DNA from: Octopus vulgaris
Lineage: Eukaryota
NCBI GenBank assembly: GCA_951406725.2
Contig: OX597818.1
Location: 21,700,001 to 21,764,000, forward strand
Length of the DNA stretch: 64,000 bases
Direction: 5' to 3'
This document shows positions 37,051-49,155 of this stretch, piece after piece. Below the pieces are notes generated by a model. It was not told where the DNA came from. It worked only from the letters and a program-made list of their open reading frames with translations, and made no database searches. Within the stretch, counting starts at the first letter, position 1. Each line of letters opens with the position of its first letter. Both the position numbers and the translations under genes were made by a program.

Positions 37051-40000
37051 CAACATTATCATTTTATGGCTCATTTCCAAGCTGGAATTGGTTGGCTGCA
37101 TTGGCCCTATCTGAGTCAGTTCTTGTTGGGAGCCACTGACATTTGGAGGATTGTACATTTAATTTTAGCATTGTTTCTACAGTGTGATGTCTTTCCTATC
37201 ACCAACTAATTTGCAGAGTGTACTGGATGCATTTATCATGGATAAGAGAAGGTGCCTTGCATATACAATGAGCAAAGGGTATTCACTACTTTGAGATGTG
37301 TTTACTCAAAGCAACATGACCGAGGGAGGTACTTGAGAGGGAAAGAGAGTGATAGCAGAAGTCGCAGGATGGGTGAGTGAAAGAAGCAAGAATATGATGG
37401 CAGAAACAAGGCAATTGGGTCTAATGATACAATTAATGATGTTTATCTTAAACAAATTGCTGTCAGGTACAATTAAATGATGAACTTTGTGTCAAATTTA
37501 TGCTTTCCTACTTTTATTTTAAATATATTGCTCTTAAAGATTGTTTTAACCAGATATGTATGTACATGCAAATTGAATCCACTTGGATTTATTGCAATGT
37601 AATAATGTGTTGAAGTTTAATTATCTTATTTATTTTTTGATGTTTATACATCAGTTCTCTGTATGGATACATATTTATATGCATTTTATATGTCATCATC
37701 AACATGATTGATTTTACATCCATATTTTCATGTGGGTGTGAGATGGCAGTATTCTGCGGATGGACGTTTTTCATGACATCAACCCTCAATTGTTTACAAT
37801 TAAAGTACTCTATTCCACTTGTGTTCATACACTTTGAAGTCCAATGGAATAAAGTACCATCAAACTGCAGGACATAAACAAACATGGAGTCAGTGTAAAA
37901 GCATACTGAGACAAACAGACAGACACGCACACACATGCATGTATATAGTGGGCTTCCATAAATTTCTTGCTTTACTTATTAGGTATTGGTCAACCCAAGG
38001 TTATACTAAAAGTCACTTGGTCAAAGCACCACATACTGGGAGCAAAACCAAAACTAACTGATTGTGAAGTGAATTTCTTAACTACACAACTATGCACCCC
38101 AACACACTATTCTCTCTGTCTCTCTCTCTCTCTCTCAGTCATACAACCACAAAATAACATTTTGGTATATTTTCAAAAAGCTGGTACTAATCAATCTCTC
38201 ATATTCTAATTTCTAACTATTTGGAAGTAGTGTCTCCTATTTTTGTTCTTTCATTTGTTTTTATTTATTTATCCTTCTGATATTGTTCCATGAATGCCTT
38301 TTATCATATATTTTTGAAGTTTTGTTCAATTCTATATTCTCTAATGGAGTCATTCCTAATATTCATGAAAATAAATCATTGTCCTAGCTGCTGACAAACT
38401 TTTATTCTACAGTAGTTATCATTGTGAAGACATGAATTTAAAATGCTTCAGTTTTGATAGTTTGCAAGGACTCGATAATGAACTACAAGTCCTTGTCACA
38501 GAAATGTAGAATTCTTTAGCCAAAGTGTGTTATTAACTTACTCTAGCCATTTCACATTAATTTAAATTAATTTGAGGTGTTTAATGTTTTGAATTGCCTA
38601 TACAAATTTACTACACTCATTTCATTGTGTTTCTGGCTGAACACTTTACTACACATTGCTTCAGTAGGTGTAATATAGCCAAATATTTTATGAAGTTTGC
38701 TTCATAACCACAATGTTCAGGTTTCAATCCCACTGCTTGGCATCTTGGATAAATATCATTTTCTATAGTATTGGATTGACCTATACCTTGTGAATGAAAT
38801 TGGGGGAAGAGAAATTGTATAGAAGCCCATCTGATGGCTGGTGCCTGTACTTCCAAAGGACAGCTTTGACACACACTATATCATGCTGATTCTGCCCAAG
38901 AATCACAGGGCTATACATGTCTGTGGAATGCTCAACTACTTACTCATCAATTCAATGGGCAGATTAAGTACTGGTTACATTGATCCTTTGGGCTTTTGAT
39001 AACATTTGTAGAAGGAGGTGGGAATCTCTTGTGGTTGAAGAAAATGTCCAGATCAAATGTACTATAAACAAATTGGAGTGACTAGTTTGAGATTAAACCA
39101 TGTTAAATTTCTGTCTGTTGTTGCCTGCTCATTGAATTAATGTGTAAGTGATTCAGCAATTTTCTCTGGATTGGGTGTTATTCAATTACAGGTAACTTAA
39201 CATATGTCTGATTGCTAGATGAATTGAAACACATTCTACCCAAACCACTTAAGACTTCCTCACTTATGACAGATGGCCACAACAATCACACAATTTGGTG
39301 GCTTAGTGTAAGAAGTATTGATTTCTTTTGATTAGTTGTTAAGCATTATATTTTTACAGAAAAGGGATAGGTTTGTTGTAATGTTTATGCTTTTTCCATT
39401 GGTGCATAAGGAAATAGCTTCAGTTAGTGATGAAAAATGCATTGGCATACTTACATCTTGTTCTACAATATTTGCCTTTCTATAGGAAATTTTTGCCTGT
39501 CATCAATCTAGGGTTGGTAATAGCTATCATTCAAATATTGTTAGCTATATAATTGGCTACATTCTAGTCCTAAACTATTGTTTGATGCTGTTCTTGTTGT
39601 GTAGGTGGTAGAGGAGGAGGCAGTGGGCTGGCACAATTATTAGCATGTTGGACAAAATGCTAAGTGATATTTCTTTTGACATATTATGTTCTAAATTCAA
39701 ATGCAGCCAGAGTCAATTTTGCCTTTTAAGACACACAAGGGCAATAGATAAATAGAAGATATAATTTAACTTAATAAAAAATATTAATAAACTATGGAAT
39801 ATCTTTAGCCTAGTTATACTCTAATATTTAATTACCAAACTATTTTACAAAACAATCACTCTTACTATTTTTAGATTTTAGTTCGCATATAATAATTATA
39901 AAATAATAAATACATAAAAATAAATATCTAAATTATAATCAACAAATATAGTAATTAAAAATCTATATTTTTTCTATCAATAAACATATAAACAATAAAT

Positions 40001-41159
40001 AAATTAGACCATTATTACATAAATATTAGATATCTTTAGAAAATATTTATGAAATACAAAATAGGAATTGAAAATTCCAAAGTAAAAAGCTTATAACCTA
40101 CCTTTATAGAATACTTATTACTATTATTATTAAGTGTAATAGTATTAGAAATATAAAATGACTATAAATATAATAAGAAACTTATAGTTAAATTAAAACA
40201 TTTTTTACAATCTTAATCCCAAAGTGACTAACTAATATCTTAAAATTTACGTTCAGATATAATAATTATAAAATAATAATAATAATTAAATTTACATATC
40301 TAAATTATCCTTAACAAATAAAAAATTATAAATTCATATTTAACAATCAATTCTTATATAGAGTACAATAATATTTCTTAAATAATAATAATATGCCTTT
40401 TAGAGAGATAAGTTAGTTAAACACCTTTTGGAGAGATAAGTAAACATTTTTTATTTAACTCTGAATAACAGCTTTTGTTATATGTCTGCTACTTTTAAAT
40501 AAAGCATATTACTCTACCTATGGTATTTGAGTACTCTTTTTTCCACCTTGTTTCACATTTATGTGCTTACTCCGGTATATGTATATATAGGTATATATAT
40601 ATGTATATATATATGTTTATATGTCAATTATGTTTCCTTTTGTTTGAGATGGAAGAGGAATGATGGTCAAAGCCAATTTTAAGCTTTCCTTGTTGAAGGA
40701 GCAGTGATAATTAGGTTTCTTTAGTGTTGTTTAATGTTCATTTGGGATTCTTATAGGTTAGTAGTTGGATGGTTACATCATAGATAAGGAGGGAATCACT
40801 GAGGGATTGAATTTCATGTGAGTGGGAGATTTTGCAAAATAGTTCATGTGTCTAAGAAAAAGACTCAGTAATAGTATATTTAGGTATTCTGTATAGTATC
40901 AATTTAAGATTTTAAAAAAAGTTTTAGATTTGAAAGTTGCCTAAAATTAAAACAATATTTTTTTATAAAACCAATTGAGACAAACTTAAGTATAAATAGA
41001 TATGATTATTCAATGTTTGAAGTTAGTTTGAAGAAGACTTAGGAAAGAGCTAAAGGAATGATGAATATTTATTTTTCTTAGGTGATAAAAGTTGGTTAAA
41101 GTGAAAGATTTATATTATTAGGGTCATTGTTTTTGTATTTTGTTTTTACATTTTTGCAG

Positions 41160-41279
41160 ATCAGATTGATTGTGGCACAGTTTCTAAGTTCTCATTTGAA
41201 CATTTTTTCAAGATTCTACTAATGGCTCTAGCCACTCCCCTTAAACATATTCATATTCATACATTATATACAACCATTG
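41160..41279 (+). CDS. Candidate cassette exon (DQIDCGTVSKFSFEHFFKILLMALATPLKHIHIHTLYTTI)
   Basis: Strong acceptor (tttttacatttttgcag), G|gtgaat donor, 120 bp, open in phase 1-1; peptide composition unlike the other exons, so it may be chance. Confidence 0.25.
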
Positions 41280-42001
41280 GTGAATTAATGTGCATGTTAG
41301 AGATTAGTCATAAGACCTGTAATAAATAGCATGCTTAGCAGACATTAATCTTGGGGGAAAATAGAAAAGAGAAGGTGTAGGTTATTTTTTCTTTCCAGAG
41401 TTAGTATAAGATTTAAATACATTTCCACTGGCAGAAAAATCACACTGAAGGAAACAAATAATTGTACTTCTATATCAGCAAAATTAAATGTTTTAAAATT
41501 CCTTGAATTCTACTAATTTCTACCTAATTAAGTATTATTTTGAAACCCAACTCTTATTATTATAATTTTTTGCATAGACCCAATACCAGAAATTCATATA
41601 GGAAAGGGAATGTGATTGTGTGACATTAGTGATCTTCTCATGTACATTGGTAGATTAAGTGAAGTGAAAGACTTAAAATCAAGAATCCAAAGTAGATTTT
41701 GCCTCAGCTTGCCAGATCCTATTTCTTGCTCTACAGTACCAGCACATTTCCTAAGCTGTTTTACATGTATTTTTTTTCTCTTTGAAGGGTTTTCACAATC
41801 TCATACATTCTCTTAATTACAATATTATATATTCTCTTATTGCAGTGTTTCAGAGTCACATATTACTGTATTATATAATCACAATCTCATAATTTCAATA
41901 TCGCTCTTAAGAAAACTATAATTCTTCTAAATGATAGCTTATAGTTAAAAATCTTAAAATATTCTCCCCATACTATTTAATGCTGATTCCATTCTCAACA
42001 T

Positions 42002-42264
42002 ATGGAGGCGCGTGGCTTAGTGGTTAGGGTGTCAGCATCATGATCGTAAGATTGTGGTTTCGAATCCTGGACCGGGCGATGTGTTGTGTTCTTGAGCAAA
42101 ATACTTCATTTCATGTTGCTCCAGTCCACTCAACTGGCAAAAATGAGTAACGCTGCAATGGACTGGCGTCCCATTCAGCTTCGGAACACATATGCCATGG
42201 AAACTGAGAAACCGGGCCCATGAGCCTAGCTAGGCTTTAAAAGGGCGCATTTATTTATTATTTT
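42002..42264 (+). mobile_element. Full-length tRNA-derived SINE with CORE-like centre and 11-bp TSD
   Basis: A box TGGCTTAGTGG 42013-42023, B box GGTTTCGAATCC 42056-42067, (TTTA)n tail, TSD ATTCTCAACAT at 41991-42001 and 42265-42275. Confidence 0.92.
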
Positions 42265-43899
42265 ATTCTCAACATGCATCTCAATGAGAATCTAACAGGC
42301 TTTTAGATATTACTCTTCCTGCTGGTAGCACTATGATACAATAAGATTCATACTTGTATCCAATAGTTTAAACCAGGATTCAGTAAATCTACTGTTGCTA
42401 GCATATTATTTTATTCTTTTACTGGTTTTAATCTTTGGGAAGTATGCAACAATGTTAGGGCACCACCTTCAACTGTTTCAGTTGTCACACAATCACATTC
42501 CCTTTTTGTGGTATTGGGTGTATGCAAAAAATTATTATAATAAGAGTTGGGTTTCAAAATAATACTTAATTGCTCCCAATTTGGTATTATCAATATCTTT
42601 TTATTGAATGGGGATGACACTCCATAGTTAATTTCATTTGAGTGAATTTATGACATTGATGCAAATGATCAAATACTTGTGAAATATATGCTGCATTAAT
42701 TTAGTTAGCTTTTTGTTTGGTAGCATTTTATGAACTTTCAGAACAATGACATTTGTTTGCTTTTTAGTATATTCTTCAGAAATTTAAGGATGAAAACGTT
42801 GGGCTTCTCATTTTTTGCACATAGATTTTCTTCAAGTAATTTTGTTATTTCTTTGAGCAGGTTAAAAATAATTTTGTATCAGTGACCTTTTAGTCTCCTT
42901 AACAGTAGTTTTTACATAGTTAAACACTTTACTCTTTCTCTAACGAGTGAGGCCTTTGGACATTACCTTACTACCACAAAAATAGCAACATAACTTTATA
43001 AAGAATTCTGTACTACAAGCAGTTTTTACATATTGAGCGAAGGAATTTAAGCCTAATTATCCATTTGCTGACTTCCTTCATTCAGGTTTCTCAAATAAGT
43101 TGAGTCACCAAATCTGTCACTCAGTTTAACACCACCAGCTGATAGTTAGTTGGTCCATTCATTGCAAACATTCAGGCAAGGTCTCTGGTCTGAAGAAAAC
43201 TTAATATCTTGATGCTTTGCTTCTCATTGAAGCATCCCATGCCTTGTTTTATTCCTTCCTTTTCCTCTTCCACATTTAGAGTTCCTGTGAAGAGTGTGAA
43301 TATTATTCTTTCTTCTCCGACTAAATCGCAGAAAAATTATTGCATTTCATAAAAAAAAAAATTATGTATTCAATGTAAATATGGATGTTGCATTCTAAGA
43401 GTATAAGCATAAAGAATTTTAAAACTGTCTCGTCGTTTCTATTTTATTTATGTTTACATTCAGTATTTGAAAATGTAGTTTTTGAACAATGTTATTTTAG
43501 TAATAAAATAATTCTATTGAGATATTTTGATCTTATGACAAATCTATTTCAAAACTATATTGCTGTCCCAAAAATTTAAATGGAATCCTAAATATTTATG
43601 TATACTGTATTTATATACTTCTATATACGGAATCGTTAATATTACCCTTCTTGGTTTTCTTTCTTGATTGCATAATAACTTAGGCATAATGTGTGTTGGC
43701 TATGTAAGTTGACACTCATAAAGCTACTTAATAGAAAATTCAGCCTGCAATAGTTAAACCAGCAGAAACTACAAAGAGTTACTTAATACATGCACCACCA
43801 ATTACTAGTCTTAAGTACTGGTTATATTGCATTATTACTTTTAACATTCTGAGTGAGGTCAAAGAACCATTTTAAATAGTATAACAGTCATAAGAAAGC

Positions 43900-44045
43900 A
43901 GTCAATTGGCAGAAGGTTATACCATTTGACACACATTTTGTGGTAAATATTTTGGCTCATTACATTCTGAATAAATATCCTGCCAAAATAAACTTTACTT
44001 TTCATTCCTTAGGAGTTGATAAAGTACCAGTCAAGTACTGGGTCA
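43900..44045 (+). mobile_element. Family A SINE (sense orientation, degenerate)
   Basis: aattggcagaa..cattctgaataaatatcctgcc..ttttcattcc..gttgataaagtaccagtcaagtactgggtc. Confidence 0.6.
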
Positions 44046-44047
44046 GT

Positions 44048-44051
<4 letters not shown>

Positions 44052-44126
<75 letters not shown>
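44052..44126. repeat. (CT)n microsatellite
   Basis: Directly visible. Confidence 0.95.
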
Positions 44127-44129
<3 letters not shown>

Positions 44130-44429
44130 GTGACCATGCTACACTGTGAGAGGGTTATGGGGTCCTCTCACAGTACTCCCAAGAATGATTGAGGTTAGCA
44201 GCTTCTTCTCATGTTGTACATTACAAGGGACTGTCAGCTATGGATGGAGCAATGTGCTGCATGCCATGAAACAGATAAAGAAATTGACTTGAAAAAACAT
44301 TCACATTATGGCTACTGGAGATTTTTTATATCTTGGTTGAAATTTCTTCTTTGTATTCTGGTATTAAAAAGAAAATAATAATGACTTCTAATTTTGAAAT
44401 GAAAACATACATTTAAAAAAAAAATATAT

Positions 44430-45315
44430 GGCTTATTGATTTGATCTTCAGTACTTGACTGGTCCTTACTTATTTTATTGATTCCAAAGAGATCAAAGGG
44501 CAGAGTTATTAACCTTTGCAGGATTTGAATTTAGAATGAGGTGGGAGATAGCTAAATACTGTAAAGTATCTAATTTGATGCTTCTTTACCTTTGCCACTC
44601 ATATGAACAGTAGTAGCAGTTGTAACTTTTTATAATTTTAATATTAGGCCAGCAATTTTGATGGGATGGGACAGTCAATTACATTAACTCCAGTGCTCAA
44701 CTGGTATATATTTTATTGTCACAAAAGGATGAAAGGCAAAGTCGACTTTGGTGAGATTTAACTAGGAACATAAAGAACTGGAAGAAATCCACTAAGCATT
44801 TTAATCTGACACACTATTGATTCTTCCAGCTCATCACCTTGATATATAATAATAATAATAATAATAATATTAATAATCCTTTCCGCTACAGGCACAAAGC
44901 CTGAAATTTTGAGGGAGGAGGCTAGTTGATTACATCAACCCCAGTACTCAACTGATACTTATTTCATCAACCTCAAAAGATTAAAAGCAAATTTCACCAT
45001 GGTAGAATTTGAATTAAAAGCATAAAGATGGACAAAAAGCTGCTAAGCATTTTTCCTGGCATGCTATTGGTTCTTTTAGTTCACTGCTTTAATAACAACA
45101 ATTATTAACATAAGCACAAGGCAAGAAATTTGGAGGAAATGTTTAGTTGCTCATATCAAATAACCCCTTTCAGATCTTGACTAGGACTTTATTTTACCAA
45201 GCTCTGGAGGATGAAAGGCAAAATTTGCCTCAGCAGGATTTGAAATCAGAGCCCAAAGAGCTGGAAAAAATGCCTCAAGGTATTCTAGTTTGTGTTCTAT
45301 CACTTCTGCCAACTT
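44430..45315 (-). mobile_element. Array of four family A SINEs
   Basis: Copies ~44430-44600, 44640-44820, 44877-45090, 45110-45315, all in the same orientation. Confidence 0.8.
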
Positions 45316-45574
45316 AAAATTTTTAACATCATCACATTGTAGACAATATCTGTAGATCTGTAAACAGGTGGTGATAGTTACAAAGGTTGATAAAAGGGTA
45401 GACAGTTGAGTAGATATTCAGTTAGATAGTTTTATTGATTGATTTTGATTAATAGAAGTATTTTTTTAATAGAAGTATATTTTTAATTGGCAAATAAGTG
45501 ATTCATGAAATGAGAATTTGATAGCCCTTCACAAAATGGTCAACTTCTGAGTCACTTTTATAACAGCTGACTGA

Positions 45575-45805
45575 TTAATCATTTTGTTACCATATTTCTG
45601 TCAACATATGCTGTCTTTGTTTCAATTAATTTTTAAAATAATGAAGAATTTAGTAAAATAACTTTCTCATTATTAAACTAGCCTCTGGAATAAATTTTAG
45701 TATAAAATTTTAATGGAATATTATAATTTAGACCCACTTTAGATTAGTAAGTTTATACCATAGAACCTGGAGTAGTCTCAGGCAGGTTAGTATCAAAAGG
45801 GTTAA
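45575..45805 (+). mobile_element. TTAA-ended MITE, family 2
   Basis: ttaatcattttgttacca...tagtatcaaaagggttaa; homologous to 21050-21253 (+) and 57791-58019 (-). Confidence 0.75.
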
Positions 45806-45808
45806 TAA

Positions 45809-46245
45809 CTGTTTCAAATTTTGGCACAAGGCTAGCAATTGGGGTGCAGGTTAGTCAATTACATCAGTCCGAGAATTTGGCTGCTACTTGATTTTATTGA
45901 TCTCCAAAGGATGAAAGGCAAAGTTGGCCTCTACAGCTTTTGAACTCAGAATGTGAAACCAGGAGACATGCCAATAAGCATTTTGTCCAGTGTGCTAATG
46001 ATTCTGCTAGCTTGCCACCTTATGAAATAATCCTTTCTACTATAAGTACAAGGCCAGCAATTTTGAGGAGATGAGTAAGTCAATTTGATCGACCCCAGTG
46101 CTCAAGTGGTACTTTAGTTTATTGACTCCAGAAAGATGAAAGGCAAAGTCACCCTCAGCTAGATTTGAACTCAGAATGTAAGGTGTCAAAAGAAATGCTA
46201 AGCATTTTGATGGCTGTGTTAATGATTCTGCCTGTTTGCTGCCCT
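45809..46245 (-). mobile_element. Two tandem family A SINEs
   Basis: Copies 45809-46022 and 46031-46245 with gatgaaaggcaaagt..tttgaactcagaa. Confidence 0.85.
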
Positions 46246-46689
46246 ATTCCTGATTAATGAAAATTAAAAAAATATATATCTCTTCTATTTGTCTCCAAAC
46301 CTAATAAATAGAAGTATAAATTATTGTGGAATAAGCTTCAAATGTTAGATATCTTGTGTATTTGTGAACTTCTAGCAGAATTGCCAGCAGAAATGACTAT
46401 TTAGTAGTGGGATTATCAGAAGATTTGCTTAAAATCTCTTATCTCTTGTTACTTAGGGGCAAACATGTAATTATTTTCTTTATAGTTCTAATACAAAGAC
46501 AAAAAGCAGCTTCAGCCAATGAAATGCTTTTGACCAAGTCAAAAATTGATGCATGTGAGTATGTACATGCATGTGAGTGAGTGAGTGTGAAAGAGAGAAA
46601 GAGAGAGAGAATACATAATTAAACTAAACATAAAGAGATATGAAAAATTGCATTTAGTCAGTTTTAGATGTTTCCTAAAAAAAACCCAC

Positions 46690-46729
<40 letters not shown>

Positions 46730-47479
46730 TGCATATATTCAATCATACAATAATTAGTAATAAGGAACAAATACACATCTTAAAATTATATTGATCCAAA
46801 GAGGAGAACAAGGAAGCATGTTTCTCTTGATACATGATAAAATGTGTACCTAAACATACTCTACATCCAAATACACTACTCTATAATGATTTATTTTCAT
46901 TTGACTAATCTTTATTAATCCAAATATCAGATCTAAATTTAGATATTATTTTTTTGTGCTTGCTGTTTCATACAAAAAAAATAATAATAATAACAATTTA
47001 TTTATATATTTCTTCATATTTTACCAGTGTGTGAACTAGTTATGAACATTGGAGTGTTAAGCGGGTGCATGCTTCTGTGGCTATTTGTGATGGTGTTGGG
47101 TTTTAACTTTAACTTTATTGTTGAATAATAATATGCTGGCCATTACTAAAATGGATTTATTGAATCTTATCAAAAAGAAAAAAAAAGAAGAAAAAAAATG
47201 AAGTAAACTTTTGAAATTATTATTTTTAAAATGACTCAAAATATATATTTTAGAAGAATTTATTCTAAAATAATTAACCAATGCATGAAAAGAGAAATTT
47301 ACAAAATATTTAAACTTAAAATAAAAATAGGACAACTATTTGGAAATATGTAACTTGATTTTTTTTTAAAACAATTTTCTAACATTTCCCGAATTATATA
47401 CACTGTGTAAAGAATTTGAAATCCAATTTTATTCTTCAGGTGAAATTCAGGTAAAATTTAATTTCTAATTTTTGATTAG

Positions 47480-48064
47480 ATGCAGATATTGGTAAACCAG
47501 TTGATTTTTCTGGACAACCTTATTTTCCTAAACCTCCTTCTTACGAATCAGTTGTACTAGAATCCAGTTTAAGTGATGACAAATTAAACGAATCTCAGCC
47601 CTCTTCCATGATGTTCACCAGACAGAAAACTGAAAGCAAAGGCAAGGGTGTTGGTTCCTTGTCTTACACCAGCCAGAAACCACCTGTAACATTTACTTCT
47701 TCAGTGTACACATCTTCGACTTTAAGTAAACTACCAAAATCGGAGTCACAAACTGATGATAGACAAACAGATTACCAGTTTGGCAACCATCTTGACTATT
47801 CTGATTTAGCTTTTACCCTTCCAACTATAAAACCTTTGAAGTCATCAATACGACAATCACCTAGCCTAGCTCTGACTTCAGATCCACCTACTGTCACCAC
47901 TTCGCCATCTTCGCAAACTGCACAGAATCCTGTTCTGCAACACACCAGTGAGAGCGATAGCAAGTCAGCATCAAAAGGAAAAGGTGTTCCAATCAATGTG
48001 TTATATAAACAGCAATCGCCAGTCACAGCAGCAACTTATGTGCCCAGTAGTCCAGCTTTACCAG
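47480..48064 (+). CDS. Host gene exon D (585 bp, Ser/Thr/Pro-rich; PPSY and two SKGKGV repeats)
   Basis: Acceptor tag at 47477-47479 (alternative in-frame cag 6 nt downstream); open frame includes ORF 47608-48105; CAG|gtagct donor; phase 1-1. Confidence 0.85.
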
Positions 48065-48894
48065 GTAGCTGTACATACACTATGTTCATGGAATTTATTC
48101 ACTAATGCTTGCACACATCAATTTTCTCTCAAAAATCCCTCTAGAACTTTGCTGTATCATTTGCCTGAGATATAGTATAGTGTTAGAATGTTCTTTGCAG
48201 AAACTACTTCTGTGCATGGGTATGCTATACCAATGACTATTCTTTACTCTGTATAAATATGTTTGTGTGTGTGTGTGTGTGTGTGAGAGAGTTTCTTTTT
48301 CCGCATGTCTTATATTTACAAACATGCTCACGCGTGCACACACACACACACACACACATGCACATATTGTAACATTCTGCATGATTTATTTATGCTAAAG
48401 TTCGATGAGTATTATATTTTTTCTAGTTTAATCATCTTTTTCTGTATTTCACTGTTTTTTTTCTCATTATCCTCTCTCTCTTTCTCTCTCTCTACACTTT
48501 TCTCTTTCTTTGTATCTTCTGTCACTTTCTATACATCTGTCTTTCTCATTTAAATCTAGCCAATGCATGGTTAAGTCTCTTAGGTAGTTAATAAGGTAAT
48601 TTTATATGAGATAATCTTAAAACTTCAGCAGTTTTCATTGACAGCTTCAGCTTGCATGGTTTTCTTTGATTCTAAAAACAAAAATCAACATAAAATTGAA
48701 AAAGTACTAGACACATACGCATATACATAGTTATCTGCACTCTCATTCATTTTTATAAAATTTCATGTTTGTTTTTATTTCAGGTCCTTATGAAAATTTA
48801 GTATTTGTGGAAAGTTTCATACTTTTAAATTATTTTTATTGTTATAAAATTCTATTCTGTTTCACTGATTTATGATCTTCCCCCACCACAGGTA

Positions 48895-49155
48895 AACACA
48901 CATGTATATATATGTAAACACACATACATACACATGCAAACACACACACACACACGCACGCACGCACACACACACACATATATGCAGATGCATATACACA
49001 TACAAACACACATATACATATGCAAAGTCATACATATACACATGCAAACACATATATACACATATGCAAATGTTCACATATACACATGAAAATGCACACA
49101 TATACACTGCAAACTCATTTCCACATATGCACACACACACACATATACACATGCA
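48895..49155. repeat. Degenerate (CA/TA)n low-complexity tract
   Basis: Directly visible; source of HT/CV-rich ORFs. Confidence 0.9.

Noticed and set aside
42004-42075. tRNA gene
   Set aside because: tRNA-like head of a SINE with body, tail and TSD; no proper acceptor stem or terminator
47440-47450. 11-nt microexon cag|GTGAAATTCAG|gt
   Set aside because: Would leave a ~30 nt intron and shift the frame
48784-48891. 108-bp phase 1-1 exon candidate
   Set aside because: Contains an in-frame TGA and has intron-like composition
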